Below, one piece after another: positions 1 to 13,350 of a DNA stretch of 64,000 bases (the first letter of the stretch is position 1; every line of letters begins with the position of its first letter). The position numbers and the translations under genes are program-made. The DNA lies in NCBI GenBank assembly GCA_964016885.1, contig OZ024743.1:8990001-9054000 (forward strand), written 5' to 3'. The notes beneath the pieces were generated by a model that did no database searches, was not told where the DNA came from, and saw only the letters and a list, made by a program, of their open reading frames with translations. Origin of the DNA: Eledone cirrhosa (lineage: Eukaryota).

Positions 1-965
1 GTTGAGTACCATCACCTTAATGCAGCATGGTCTATAGTAGCAGCACTGCAGTTTTGCTGTGCATTTGTGAGAAAATGCAAAACAAAAAAAAACAAAAAAA
101 TCAAGAAAAAAAAGACAGTTGCAGCGACAAGATTTCTGAGACGATAACAAATTCTATTCATCAGCCAGTTATGTGCACTAAATATTTGATAAGGAAATGA
201 ATCTTAGTTCACATAACCAGCTAACGATCGGAATTGTACTCTAATCTTGTAGCCGGCCTCCTGGATCGAGATAACTGTATTGGTAGGTAGATAGATAGGT
301 AGGTAGATAGATTCATAGGTAGATAGAGTGAGACAGGTGGAGACAAGGCACCAGATACACAGATACACATATAAATCCTCCATAGGTTTCATGAATCGAA
401 AGATCTACAAGAATATTCCTGTCCACGGTGCAGACGTGGGCAAGATTATTTTTATGAAAAATAATAAATTTCTTCTTTTCACGCCACCGATGTGGCAAAA
501 GTTGATACAGCATTGCACCAATGACGTCTTAAGCGAACTCAAAACACAAAGGATCGAAAGAGATGCCGCAATGCATCACGTCCGACACTCTAACAATTCC
601 GCCAATTTATTTTGACTAGTAGTTTATTTCTCGACATTGAGAAAATGAAAGGTAAAGTTGAAGTTGATGGGATATAAACTGAGTGTGCAGAGAGTTGGAA
701 CAATGTGAAGCATTTAATCCGACACGCTAACGAATCAATTCATCGTCTGTAGACACACACATACACACAGATTCACTCGTCTGTAGACACACACATACAC
801 ACAGATTCACTCATGGTCCAATGGTTCCCAAAATTATTTTGCTAAGAAATCTTCATACAAAATTCCGAAAACCGTGGAAACCGCATCTTCATTTTATGGA
901 CAAGGAGAAATTGTTTTATATACGGTACACACACATATATTACAAATAAATAAATTAATATGTAT

Positions 966-1040
<75 letters not shown>

Positions 1041-1042
<2 letters not shown>

Positions 1043-1224
1043 TTATTCCGGGTTCAATCGAGGGTAACCACAGTAAGTAAGGTACTCAATACATAGCAGA
1101 GTATAAAAGTTTTAATATAGAAGAACTTCTACAGGACTAGAACTGTTTAATTCGTGAGAAATCATCAGGAAGCCCTTCCTGATGGTTTCTCACGAATGAA
1201 ACAGTTCTAGTCCTGTAGAAGCTC

Positions 1225-1232
<8 letters not shown>
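1041..1232. repeat. Fold-back element (arms ~1115-1172 and 1175-1232, plus a one-sided tail) in (TA)n
   Basis: Near-perfect inverted repeat; the same family occurs in the opposite orientation at 35388-35570. Confidence 0.88.
1175..1221 (+). ncRNA. Type I hammerhead (mirror at 1126-1172; family copies at 22350-22395 and ~35450-35490)
   Basis: CTTC-CTGATG(G/A)-T TTC tcac GAA T-GAAA-CAG ttctagtc CTG-TA-GAAG; each arm carries one core mutation. Confidence 0.68.
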
Positions 1233-1288
<56 letters not shown>

Positions 1289-1308
1289 CAAATGAATAAA
1301 TATATGTA

Positions 1309-1356
<48 letters not shown>

Positions 1357-1378
1357 TATATATGAATAAATATATGTA

Positions 1379-1422
<44 letters not shown>

Positions 1423-2073
1423 TTTCATTATCTCGTAGAACCCCATAACGTTTTCATGGAACCCTTTGGGAAACACTGATCTAGTCAATAGACACAAAAC
1501 GTGACAATGCACAGAAACAAATTTTACAATCAGATAAGTTTTATTGTAAATTCATAATGGCCTCTTTGAAACAGGAGCGATCCATTGTACAAAGACAATA
1601 GAAGGATCCAGGGTAATGAATTGATTTTATCTTTTATATTTCAATGCTTATGCTGAGTCAGTTGTTTTTTTTAAATCTGGAAAATATGATAATCACTGAT
1701 ATTGATTTTTTCTAGAATTACTTCGAACAGTAATTTATTGTTAATGCAGAGTTTATTATATCTACTGTTGTAGCTTCTGGTCAGTTTTATTGTCTTTTAA
1801 AAAATATATTTTAGAATGTCCTTATATTTTTATGTTATTCAAGTCATAATGTTAACAATTTTAACGAAAGATGGCTTCCATTTTATAAAGCCATTCATTT
1901 AGAAGGGGTGTGCTATGTGATACTAAAGTTGTTTATATTTGAATAGAGTTTATCACAATCTTGCGAAATTAAATACTAGTCAGGGTTTACACATAATTAC
2001 ACACACACACACACACACACCACACACATATATACATATAATATACACACATATATATAATATATATACATAT

Positions 2074-2153
<80 letters not shown>

Positions 2154-2394
2154 CATATAGGCAAAATACATACTTGCGGGAGCACAGTCATTCATATCAA
2201 AATACATGAATTGGACGAGTCGATTACAATGTGTATACGTACATACATATACGTACATATATACTTACGTACATATATACATACATATACGCACGCTCGT
2301 ATATATATTTGTGTGCGTATGTGTGTTGTAAAGCGGCAAAACAATATATGAATACATCAATATATATGTATATATATATGTATAATATATATAT

Positions 2395-2491
<97 letters not shown>

Positions 2492-2707
2492 GTAAGTATG
2501 TATGTATGTATACGTACATACATATATGTATACAGACGTACAGTAGTATATATATATATACATACATGCACACATATATATATGCACGTATGGGTTTACC
2601 GAACACCGAACATTTATGTATACATATATGTATGTACGTATACATACATACTTACATTTAAGTGCCGTACTAAGAGTGAGAAATGAAATTTCGTTTCATT
2701 CTATTCC

Positions 2708-2783
<76 letters not shown>

Positions 2784-2822
2784 TATATATATACACATAT
2801 ATATATACATATATATATATAC

Positions 2823-2880
<58 letters not shown>

Positions 2881-2885
2881 GTATG

Positions 2886-2925
<40 letters not shown>

Positions 2926-2930
2926 GTATG

Positions 2931-2992
<62 letters not shown>

Positions 2993-3219
2993 CTTTCTCT
3001 TTCTTTGGAATTTGGGAATCATTAAGTCTGTCAATGCATTATTCTCAATAGATGGTCATGTCAATTATTCTGACATGTTCTTCTTATTAGAACTGAAACA
3101 GGAAAGTTATTTCTCCTGTTGGCCAAGAACGCAAACTGAATACTGAAAACTATAAGTTCGATTGGACTAATTTTATATTGTACTTCTCTCAAGTTATTCC
3201 TCGACCTCCATCACTTTCG

Positions 3220-3746
3220 ACGACGAATATACCAGACTTCTGATCAACGGAACATGTTACTAGCAAAATTAATGTGCAAAGTGGCAAGCCGGGCACTCTA
3301 CAGACATGTGCATGGAGATTTAAGGTCCTTGGGTTACCGTTACTTAATAGAGTGCGTAGTTCGGAGATTAAAGAACGTTCCAGGAAGAGCCGCTACTTCT
3401 CCGAATCGAGAGATCATAGCTCCGATATTACGGACATGTGGTTAGAATGTCTCAGGGAAGAATCACTGGACAGATTTTAGAGGCAAAACCAACCCACAGG
3501 AGACTCAGTGGTAGACCCGAGCAAGATAATTGGATTACATGCATGAGCTCGGCTGGTCTCGTGTGGGTATTCAGCCGGATCAATTCTAGACGGCTGCGTC
3601 TGACAGAACCCGATGGAAGGAGTGTTTAAGGACTCAGACCTCAAGACCTCCTGAAGAATAAGTGGGCATGGAAGAAGAAGAAGAAGAAGAAGAAGAAGAA
3701 GAAGAAGAAGAAGAAGAAGAAGAAGAAGAAGAAGAAGAAGAAGAAG
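3220..3746 (+). mobile_element. Decayed RTE-like LINE 3' fragment with a (GAA)n tail
   Basis: VRMSQGRITGQILEAKPTHRRLSGRP resembles the RTE C-terminal region; (GAA)n at 3671-3746. Confidence 0.65.
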
Positions 3747-4651
3747 AGAGAATCAGTTTTTAATAATAAGAAAATCAAGTCACCACTAAAGCAATAATTA
3801 AGATACAAAACTAGAAACCTCGAAACACATGTGTACTTAATAAAAAAAATCAATATATGAAATTCATCATATGTTCAAGAATTTCCACTTTTATTAAAAA
3901 AATAAACTGTTCAATTGGGCTGCATATTAAAAAGAAAATTGACTATTATTCCATGCAAATCATATCTTCTCCCCCTGTCCAAATTACAACTAGATTAAAG
4001 CAACTAAGAACCATGGGGTAAAGATATCTGGAATACCCAGCAGCTGTTTGCAAGAAACTTCGAGAATGAAATATATTCAATAACAAATATAAAATAAATT
4101 TTAACAAACATGTTTCATAGCTATATTTTAATATATATTTTAATATATATTTTAAACAGGACTTGTCCCACTGAACTAAGAAACACTTGACTGCAGTCTA
4201 CTTATATATAAATCTACTATTGGTACCAATACGTTTTTCTCAGCATAAAAAATCGTGGTATGGTAATTCATGAATGAATTCAGAATTCCCGAGAATAAGT
4301 GGCAGATTTTCACAACATTTATAATTACAGCTTCAACATTGATAAAAGCTGGAAACGGTGTTCATACGCATTGATGATGAATTGGGAATATAACATATCC
4401 CAAATATATAATATAATTATTTCCAGATTGCTGTAGTGCACTTTATTAAGAAGCTAAAATTAATTACGAACCACTGGATTGAGCTGGACATAGAAAGACC
4501 TCTAGTAGTGTTGATTGAAGTTTACCTAACCAATGTACATACCTGTTAACACAACCTTACTTATGGTTAATATTTCCAGAATCTATGAGGGTGGAATTGT
4601 CAAATGTTTCTGTTTTCCCTGAAAGTTCATTTTCCTTCTTTCACATGCAGT

Positions 4652-4683
<32 letters not shown>

Positions 4684-4695
4684 TGTATGTATGTA

Positions 4696-5290
4696 GTACC
4701 AGTTGGTGCTACTGGTAACATGTATCCCAGTACAACCTGTCTCATGGTCGGGTCGTTGGCAACTAAACTGGCAACCCCACCAAGGTTTCTTGGTGAGGAG
4801 GGTGACTTTGGACATCCTGCAGGACTAAAAACAAAACCTGTCAAAGGGCAAAGGAGCTCTTAAGAGTCCAAAATCACCGGGAGAGATGACCCCTTAGCCT
4901 TTGTCAAGGCAGAATTCTAGGAGAAGGAAAACTCTGATATAACACCTGCAACTCTGATGGTATCCAATGATGTTGACTTGTTCTTCTTTTTGGTAAATAT
5001 CATCTTGGTTAAGAGAGTGGGACTGGCTTTGTGCAGTGCCTTTGCTCACTATAAAAGCTTCACGGCTCAGGCATTGCTTTATATCTGGAGATCTCTCTGC
5101 ACTTGTCGTCACATGGTACCATGGGCCCAGCACTATGTGTCAATAATTGTCACAAGTGTAGTGTTTGTACCAGAGTTTTCAAGTCGCTGGCTGGACTAAA
5201 AAGTCACACTTGTTCAGCGCATCGGTAGGGGTTCTCCTACATGGATATAAAGTAGTGGCCGTACTCGAAAACGAGTTGGCAGCCACCATC
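4696..5290 (+). mobile_element. ~600-bp non-autonomous RTE-derived retroelement, copy 1, in (TATG)n
   Basis: Near-identical to four other copies; the 3' part encodes the zinc-finger remnant [17 protein letters not shown] and an RTE-like 3' terminus. Confidence 0.85.
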
Positions 5291-6117
5291 TATGTATGTA
5301 TGTATGTATGTATGTATGTATGTATGTATGTATGTATGTATGTATGTATGTATGTATGTATTTATGTATGAAAGCATGGATGCATGCATACACATATATA
5401 CATATATACATATATACATATATACATATATACATATATACATATATACAGACATGTATATTCATATGCATGCACACACATGCGCATACACATACATGTT
5501 ATTCATGTGGGTGGCCAGGACAATGTGGCTAGAACTAGTATTAAGTATATAGCTGTCTGTACAAACAAATAGATTTTAAATCATAATCGTTCACTATCCG
5601 ATTTCCAAACATGTTTTATTTCACATTTTAACCCACCCCCATCCTCCATGCTTTTATAGCAAAAAAATATTTTCCATTCACAGAATTAAGAAACTTACTT
5701 TCATATTTTCACGAACGTAATTTAATAAAAAGAAAAATACCATATCTTTTCACTACATGAATATGTATATAAATAGATGCATTGCGTATATAGACATGGA
5801 AATGTCAAATTTACGTATTTCTTTCAAAATTGAAAAACTGAAGAACATCATTTTGACCCTTACTGGATTCTCATCAGAAAATATCTGTATTACCATACAA
5901 TAAAAAAGAAATATGTAACTGATAACTTTATATCATTATGGAGTAAATTAATCTGTGGGAATGGATATGGCAAAGCTCATTAAGAAAACAAAAAAATAAT
6001 CTTGAAGCTGAAGTTGTTTCCTCGATTTCAAAACAATATATTCGCGTATATATTTTGGTAATCAGAATGAAATTTCTTTTTTAAATAACGAATTATGTGG
6101 TATAATATATATTAGTC

Positions 6118-6436
6118 AGAGAGTATATGAGAGAGTATATGAGAGTATATGAGAGTATATGAGAGAGTATACTGAGTATTTATATGAGAGAGTATATGAG
6201 AGAGTATATGAGAGAGTATACTGAGTATTTATATGAGAGAGTATATGAGAGAGTATATGAGAGTATATGAGAGTATATGAGAGTATATGAGAGTATATGA
6301 GAGAGTATATGAGAGTATATGAGAGAGTATATGAGAGTATATGAGAGTATATGAGAGAGTATATGAGAGTATATGAGAGTATATGAGAGAGTATATGAGA
6401 GTATATGAGAGAGTATACTGAGTATTTATATGAGAG
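6118..6436. repeat. Minisatellite of 10-12-bp GAGAGTATAT(GA) units
   Basis: Direct tandem units, with a recurring actgagtattt variant. Confidence 0.92.
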
Positions 6437-7343
6437 AAAAAAGAAAAGAATTACGCTGATCGTCAAATGAGACGAAGGAAACAATGATTCCGCGCTGACA
6501 CTATCTTCCGGTTGCATCTTCTGGCAGAAGGAGGCGGGATTTGACCACAGAACACACAGTGTCGGATCAGATACCGCAACGCATACCACCAGACATGTTA
6601 ATAATTCCACCAATCTCCTCCGCCCCCCGATTGCTACTTTATTTATCGATCCCGAAAGAACGAAAGTCAAAGTTGTTCTCAGTTAGATTTTAATTTAGAG
6701 CATAGTGAGACGGACGAAACAAACTTTAACACATCCGACGCTCCTAAAAACTCTACCAATTCGCCGCCTATGTGACAGGATATGAGAAATGACGTTTTAA
6801 ATATAATTTTGAAAATTCATAAGAAAACCGATGAGACAAAAATTCTTATTTGTCAGATGTAATCATATTAGTAAAAGTTGTATTAAAGGAAAATATTTAT
6901 ATCTATATACAGGGTGGATCATTTAAATGTGAACCACTATAGCAGTTCATATAGTTTTTATTCTTTTGATCAATGCCAGCTAAAGTTTTACAAAATAAAG
7001 GTATACATCTTAATACTTTTTTATGCTAAGTTTACTGTTTATTTACCTAACATTATTTTTTTATTTTTGCAGATGTTACTTTTTCAAGATAACTTCTATT
7101 GATTTTTTTCTCAGTGTAAAACCAAATTATATTTGTCGGTATGAGTGGACTAAACGTACGATGACTAGTAACACAAAAACAAAATAAAAAAACTTATACA
7201 AAAAAACTTTAGATGTATACCTTTGTTGTATAAAAACATTGTTAGGTTTGGTCAAGATATGAAAAGGATATAAATTTTTATAATGATTCACACATAAATG
7301 TCCCTACCTGTATGTATACTGGAATAAAGTAATTTCTACTTAC

Positions 7344-7525
7344 AAGTTGCTGCCACTAGTCGAGGTAGATATTCCTTCCAGAAGGCACATTCCTTGGATC
7401 TCAGACCTTTACCAGTCAATAAGTTGTGCACGTTATCAGCATTCAAAGCTAGGTACTCTTTTTGTGCAGCTGTGTGAACTGGCCATTCTTGTAAATTTTG
7501 TTCACCCCAATTTTTGTTAGGGTCC
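7344..7525 (-). CDS. ache: Acetylcholinesterase next coding exon (C-terminal part of the catalytic domain)
   Basis: Manual translation: ttatttcag|G then DPNKNWGEQNLQEWPVHTAAQKEYLALNADNVHNLLTGKGLRSKECAFWKEYLPRLVAAT, then T|gtaagt. Length 182 bp (1+180+1). The phase matches the upstream phase-2 donor, and the exon carries the conserved CAFW cysteine. Confidence 0.92.
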
Positions 7526-7739
7526 CTGAAATAAATAAAGAAATAAAGAAATATATAAACATTTAGTTGTTCGACATAAAAGAAAATATAAGTATTGGGG
7601 TCAACATAATCGACAATTTAAATTTGATGTTCCAGTATGGCCGCAGTCTTATGACAAAGACCAATAAAAGAAAGTAAAAGAATAAAATAAATGAATTAAT
7701 AAATAAAGGAATAAAAATATATCCACAGCAGGTCACTGA

Positions 7740-8175
7740 CTTTGCTAACACAGATAAGGAAAGTAAGCAAAATGGAAGAAGGATTTGAGAATCGAGGACT
7801 ATTCCGGTCGCCGTCGAGAACTCAGGTGTACTTGGACCCCGTACTGCCGAGCTACTTCGCAAGATCGAACCGTCGGCGGCCCGTCAGAGGAAGGAGCCCT
7901 GCGAGGTGGGGTGGCTGTTGCAGTAGGTGTCGCTGGCCATTGTTCGCGGGAATGCTTTTGCAGTCTTATCCGTGGGGCACAGCCCCATTACCGCCGCGCC
8001 CTAAGCCCAGAGGCCATCACCCTCTCCCTCCCCATTCCCCATTCTTCTTTGACACTAGAGCTCTTGCCTTTTCCTTCCTTTTCCGTTTTTTTTAATATTT
8101 TCTTATTTTACATTCCATTCTTTCTTCTCAATTTAAATTTCTTCATCCTTTTTCTATTAAATTGCTTTTTATCGG
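7740..8175 (+). mobile_element. 3' fragment of a CRE-type (restriction-like endonuclease) non-LTR retrotransposon
   Basis: GC-rich island; the frame from 7801 reads IPVAVENSGVLGPRTAELLRKIE...WLLQ*VSLAIVRGNAFAVL, matching the P.A.E..G..G...QR.S.A..RGNA RLE motif. Confidence 0.72.
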
Positions 8176-8796
8176 TAGAGGGTCGGACAACATGCTTTGC
8201 AGCACAGAGTTACGCCCCTTTACAGACTGAGTTAAAATCCCGCCGAGATTAACTTTGCCTTTCCTCCTTACGGGGTCGATAAAATAAAGTTCCAGTAATG
8301 TACTGGGTTAATTGCTGGTCTTGTGCCAAAAGTAGAAACAATTATTATAAATATCAATTTACTACTGTAAATAACATTTTTCTATCTACAGTTATTCGCA
8401 AAGTGGTGAACCAATCTGGACAATATGTGCTGGCGTTGGAGTTAGCGTCCGAAAGTCCAGTTGTAGTTGTGGCAGCAACTGCTCTCCTGCCGTTGATTAC
8501 AAAGTTATCTTCTCGATGGTTTGGTGTCAACTTAGCTAGACATCGGTTCATGGATGTTGTTCTGTTGTCTCCTTGTTTGGCCTGCTAAATATTCTGCTAA
8601 AATGCAGTTAAAAATGACGGGAGTTTTACGCACGGTTTTGTCATCTTAACTGATTCCGTGTTATAGCTGACATGTATTTGGCAGGTATTTGGGCGGTGGC
8701 GAGCTTTCAACTCCTGTAAGTACGGTCTAACATATAGTTTGACTGTACACACAGGAGAAAAAGTATTTAATGCATGTAGTACACACATGAATATAA

Positions 8797-9008
8797 TATA
8801 TGAAAAACCACAGACCCTCCATCTCAACTCACCTTTTGCAAAGCAGAAGAACTGCGAAACGGTTAAAGGAACCAAATAAATATATATATTTAAAAAAAAA
8901 ATAAGACTCGAGTTGCATTTTCGATTTCATCTCTTTTTCTTTATACTTTCACTCGTGTAGGACACCTCGGTTATTTTTCATTTTGTAAAAAAAAAATCTC
9001 ACTTTCTA
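8797..9008 (+). mobile_element. Solo pseudo-LTR of the same PLE family as 43142-47471
   Basis: Aligns by eye with 47268-47471 (gaaaaaccacagaccctccatc...ggacacctcggttatttttcattttgt); followed by (TA)n. Confidence 0.85.
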
Positions 9009-9057
<49 letters not shown>

Positions 9058-9152
9058 GATATATACATACATATATAAACACATACGTATACATATACAC
9101 GCACACTCACACATATATATTGCATCCCTGTGTTTGCTTTATTTATTCAACT

Positions 9153-9192
<40 letters not shown>

Positions 9193-9689
9193 GTATATAT
9201 ATGCATACATATATATATACAATTTTCTGAAATAGTGAATTGTTCTAAATGGGACATTAGATAGTTTTAAGCAATTAAACAATGAACATTAGTAGAATAT
9301 TTAAAATTAAAAAGTCGTATGTAGTATGGGACTTGTCTCAAATTTACAACGATATAAGGGTTTGTTTAGATAACCTTTTCAATTACTATTTCCTATTTAT
9401 TTGCTTAAAAATATCTGGCATTTTCTTTGTGTGAAGCGGGAAGCGGATGAGAGAAAAACCTTATCCTCGATAGGATGCCGGTCTGTCTCAGTCAACATCC
9501 GCAGTGGCTCTGTGATTTAATTAATTTCGATAGCGTTGTGAACTAAGATTCGCGGAATTTAATCGTAATACACATCAATATATTTTTACTACACCATTAT
9601 AATTTAATACTGAGTTTGAAACATTTCTCATTATAAGTGTCCCTCACCTTCCTCACAAAAAAAAAAAACGTTATAGTTGGCAAGTATTT

Positions 9690-9960
9690 ATAAAATATCG
9701 AAATCTAGAAGTCATCCCCGAGTAAGAGTATGAAGATCAGACTCTTTTTAACAACGACTATATCTGTGAGACATGAACACTACCATAGACTTGAATATCA
9801 GCTTGACAGCATGTACTCCCGTATGTTGCAGATGATTCTTAACATTACTTGGAAGAGTCACACAACCAATACAAACATTTATTATGGTCTATCAAAGTTG
9901 ACTGAAAAGATAGCTCAGCGAAGATTGTGATTGGCCGGTAACCGAAGAAATGGCTTCAAA
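9690..9960 (+). mobile_element. Old RTE-like LINE fragment
   Basis: LDSMYSRMLQMILNITWKSHTTN...KIAQRRL*LAG. Confidence 0.65.
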
Positions 9961-10774
9961 TCTGGTGGTATGGCAGCCAATTCAGTGATGGTGGTGTGAA
10001 ATGTCTGGCAAGAGTTTGTTTCCCTAATTCTATCGGAAGATCGGTTGAAACGAAATGAGATTAGGTCGTTCCTTACTAACGTCGTTGTCCTTACTAACGT
10101 CGCCGATATAGAAATACTATAATGGTTGCAGGACTTTCCAGTTATAAAGAAACATTTTCGAGCTCTTTTTTCAAACCTCAACATTTCAATTTCATTAATT
10201 TATCTGTGTCACTCTAATTAATTGTTTTTCAGGCAATCCAATGTTTACTTTTATTTTATCAACGTTACAAACTTGAGGCAGATACATGCTATGACGACAT
10301 CGTCCCATATTCTGCAGAATATAAAAAAAAAAAAACTTTTCACATATTTTAACATCTTTCTTGTCAAAAGCTCCTTAAATTTAAGCATGTAAATACCTGC
10401 AACTGCATTTATGAGCACTGAAGAGGAAGCACTGAGAGTAGTTTCCATGAAGATGAAATAAGAAGTATATGATATCAACTTTATCGACCTCTGGAATGGC
10501 TTGCAAAATCATACATGCCACTACTTTCTCTAACAACTAGTAAAAAAAGAAAGAAAATGTAAACCTATTGTAGGTCCATTGTGATTTGATGCCTATTACT
10601 GATACCCAGATATAATTAGTGTATGGCGTTAATTGAACTGATTAAATACACCAGAACATTGTTGTAATCGAGTTGCTAGTCTATAACTATATTTCATCGA
10701 TTCACTTCCACAATGGTTCGATGTTTTCTCAATCAATTTATTGACACTTATTTCGTAGTTTTACTGTCTTGAAG

Positions 10775-11085
10775 CTGCATGGCTTTGGGATTACGGTATT
10801 CAGCACACAATCCTAAGTTCATGAGTGAGTTCCACTTTTGGCGGCACGTTGTGTCCTTGAGCAAGGCTCTTTATTTCATGTTCGTCCAGTTCATTCAGCT
10901 GACAAAAAGGAATTGTACCTGTAATTCAAACGACCAACTTTACTCACGCTCTGTTATGTCGAATCTCCCTGAGAATTATGCCAATGATGCACATGTCTGT
11001 TGAACGATTGGTCACTTGCACGTTTATATCCCCAGTAGGTTGTTCCATAGGAACACTCGTCGTTGGAATCGACGGCGGTTCAACA
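10775..11085 (+). mobile_element. SINE family B (minus copy at ~57505-57775; 3' piece at 25398-25480)
   Basis: tRNA-like head, then the cgttgtgtccttgagcaag..cttt domain and a shared 3' segment. Confidence 0.6.
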
Positions 11086-11206
11086 CACACAAACAGATAC
11101 ATTATACTGATCCAATCAAACATTTGGTTTCTTATCAGCACAGGATGAAACATTTAAAGCGGGGATATAGTTAGCTTAATCGTCAGTCACAAGGGCATGC
11201 TTATTA

Positions 11207-11207
<1 letters not shown>

Positions 11208-11264
<57 letters not shown>

Positions 11265-11279
11265 AAACCACTTCCACCG

Positions 11280-11345
<66 letters not shown>

Positions 11346-11394
11346 AAACCACTTCCACCGCTACTACTACTACTATTACTAACACCACCACCAT

Positions 11395-11492
<98 letters not shown>

Positions 11493-11562
11493 ATACTACT
11501 ACTACTACTACTAAAACCACTTCCACCGCTACTACTACTACTATTACTAACACCACCACCAT

Positions 11563-11598
<36 letters not shown>

Positions 11599-11770
11599 CA
11601 CTACTACTACCACTACTACTACTACTACTACTACTAACACCACCACCATCACTACTACTACTACCACTACCACTACCACTACTACTACTACTACTACCAC
11701 CACCACCACCACCACCACCACCACCACCACCACCACCACTACCACCACCACCACCACTACTACCACCACC

Positions 11771-11825
<55 letters not shown>

Positions 11826-11911
11826 ACACCACCACCACCACCACCACCACCGCCACTACTACTACTACTACCACCACCACCACCACCACCACCACCACCA
11901 CCACCACCACC

Positions 11912-11982
<71 letters not shown>

Positions 11983-11986
11983 CACC
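11208..11986. repeat. Compound (ACT)n/(ACC)n trinucleotide tract
   Basis: Direct reading; produces the poly-V and poly-S/G ORFs. Confidence 0.95.
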
Positions 11987-12665
11987 CTTATGCATGTATT
12001 TATTGAGGGATAGCGGCGGTGGAACATCTGCCGTTCTACGTCTTTGAACCATCTAACTATTTATTGTGATCGTGATGAAGGTGGCCATCCCGCTAGAACG
12101 AGCCCCGTGAAGTGGACTCATTCTTTTAGTGTATCTAACTCGCCATCCTCCAGAGTAACAACATTTGCTACTCTGTCTGCCGATAACACGAAGCAACAAC
12201 AAAGTTAAATCTGACGTTTAGTTAGCTATTGAATTTGTTAATTTTTATTTACAGTAATAATAAAAATAATAATGACAACAATAATAACAACAATAATAAA
12301 AAAAGAAAAGGAAAGCAAATAAAGAAAGAATAGGGAAGAGTGAGCACAACCAATGAGTTGACATAAAATATATTTTAGTTTTATAGAATTATTAAACCTA
12401 GGTTTTTACTAGATTTCCCTAAGCTTCAGAAATCTCTAGTCAGTGTTACATGGGTAAAGATTTCAAACTAGAATTTTATAAGATATTTTTTTCGTGAACT
12501 ACACATTTAACGTTGGAACAACAGAAAAGCAGAAACAATGTAAAGAACAATATAAGAGGATACAAAGTACAATATAGAGAGAATAAAGCGCAATACGAGA
12601 GAGAGAGAAACACAGAGAAAGAGGAGAGGGAGAAAGAGAGAGAAAGAGAAGGAGAGGAAGAGGAG

Positions 12666-12745
<80 letters not shown>

Positions 12746-12804
12746 TTAGAGAGTAGAAAAAGAACATGAAATAAAAGATAAGATTAAAATGAAATAGTAG
12801 TGTT

Positions 12805-13200
12805 CTTGTTGCTGTTTAGCCCAAGGTCAGTTCTGATCAAACAGATATATGATCAAAGCTTTTGTTTATTGTTTGGGTTAACTCTGATTGAGCTGTTCTA
12901 TGATAAGAGGTATTCCAGCCTTGGCCTTCTTATATTTGTAAAGGTATCTCTAAGATTATACTATTACATATGTATTTTCTTTTTTAAGAAGGTAGAGTAC
13001 TATTTGAGGAAAACTTGACTGATATTTCTAGCAGTCAGAACGATCGTATAGAGGTTCCAACGTCAGCTCACCCATCTTAACGGTATCTATATTATCCAAT
13101 GTGTTCTTTCCTTATTTAAGGCGGCTGGGTGATTTGAAGGATACTTGACTGTTATTTCTAGCAGGTCAAGTAACTACGAAAAAGTTCCTCATTGGCTTGT
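12805..13200 (+). repeat. Old dispersed repeat family (also ~17060-17180, 17410-17590, 18800-19070, 28580-28770, 52630-52770, 53890-54095)
   Basis: Recurrent motifs ctgtttagccc.aggtcag..ctgatc...tatgatcaaa and gatttg.ctgctatttctagcaggtc. Confidence 0.6.
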
Positions 13201-13269
13201 AAAGTGCAGTGTAATATTGTAATATGAGCAGATGTGTGTAGGAGAAAGATAGCAGGAGAGAGGTGGGAG

Positions 13270-13350
<81 letters not shown>

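Larger units (their letters stand above)
819..1478. mobile_element. Possible hAT/Charlie-like MITE containing the (TA)n tract and fold-back insert
   Basis: Ends caatggttcccaaa and tttgggaaacactg; right flank atctagtc; the target duplication is poorly matched. Confidence 0.35.

Noticed and set aside
738-812. ~34-bp tandem duplication
   Set aside because: Ordinary local slippage duplication.
4957-5199. 80-aa hydrophobic ORF open in all five RTE-derivative copies, and a 79-aa antisense ORF
   Set aside because: The copies are nearly identical, so persistence is expected without selection; no recognisable domain. A dN/dS test over many copies would be needed.
6118-6436. Regular short repeats as a CRISPR array
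   Set aside because: No unique spacers, eukaryotic context and no cas genes.
8354-8790. GC-richer segment as an extra AChE exon
   Set aside because: No cholinesterase similarity, in-frame stops, and the two identified exons already join without a gap; probably part of the adjacent PLE insertion.
11176-12052. 283-aa poly-Val and 282-aa Ser/Gly ORFs
   Set aside because: Products of the (ACT)n/(ACC)n tract, with no splice or domain evidence.
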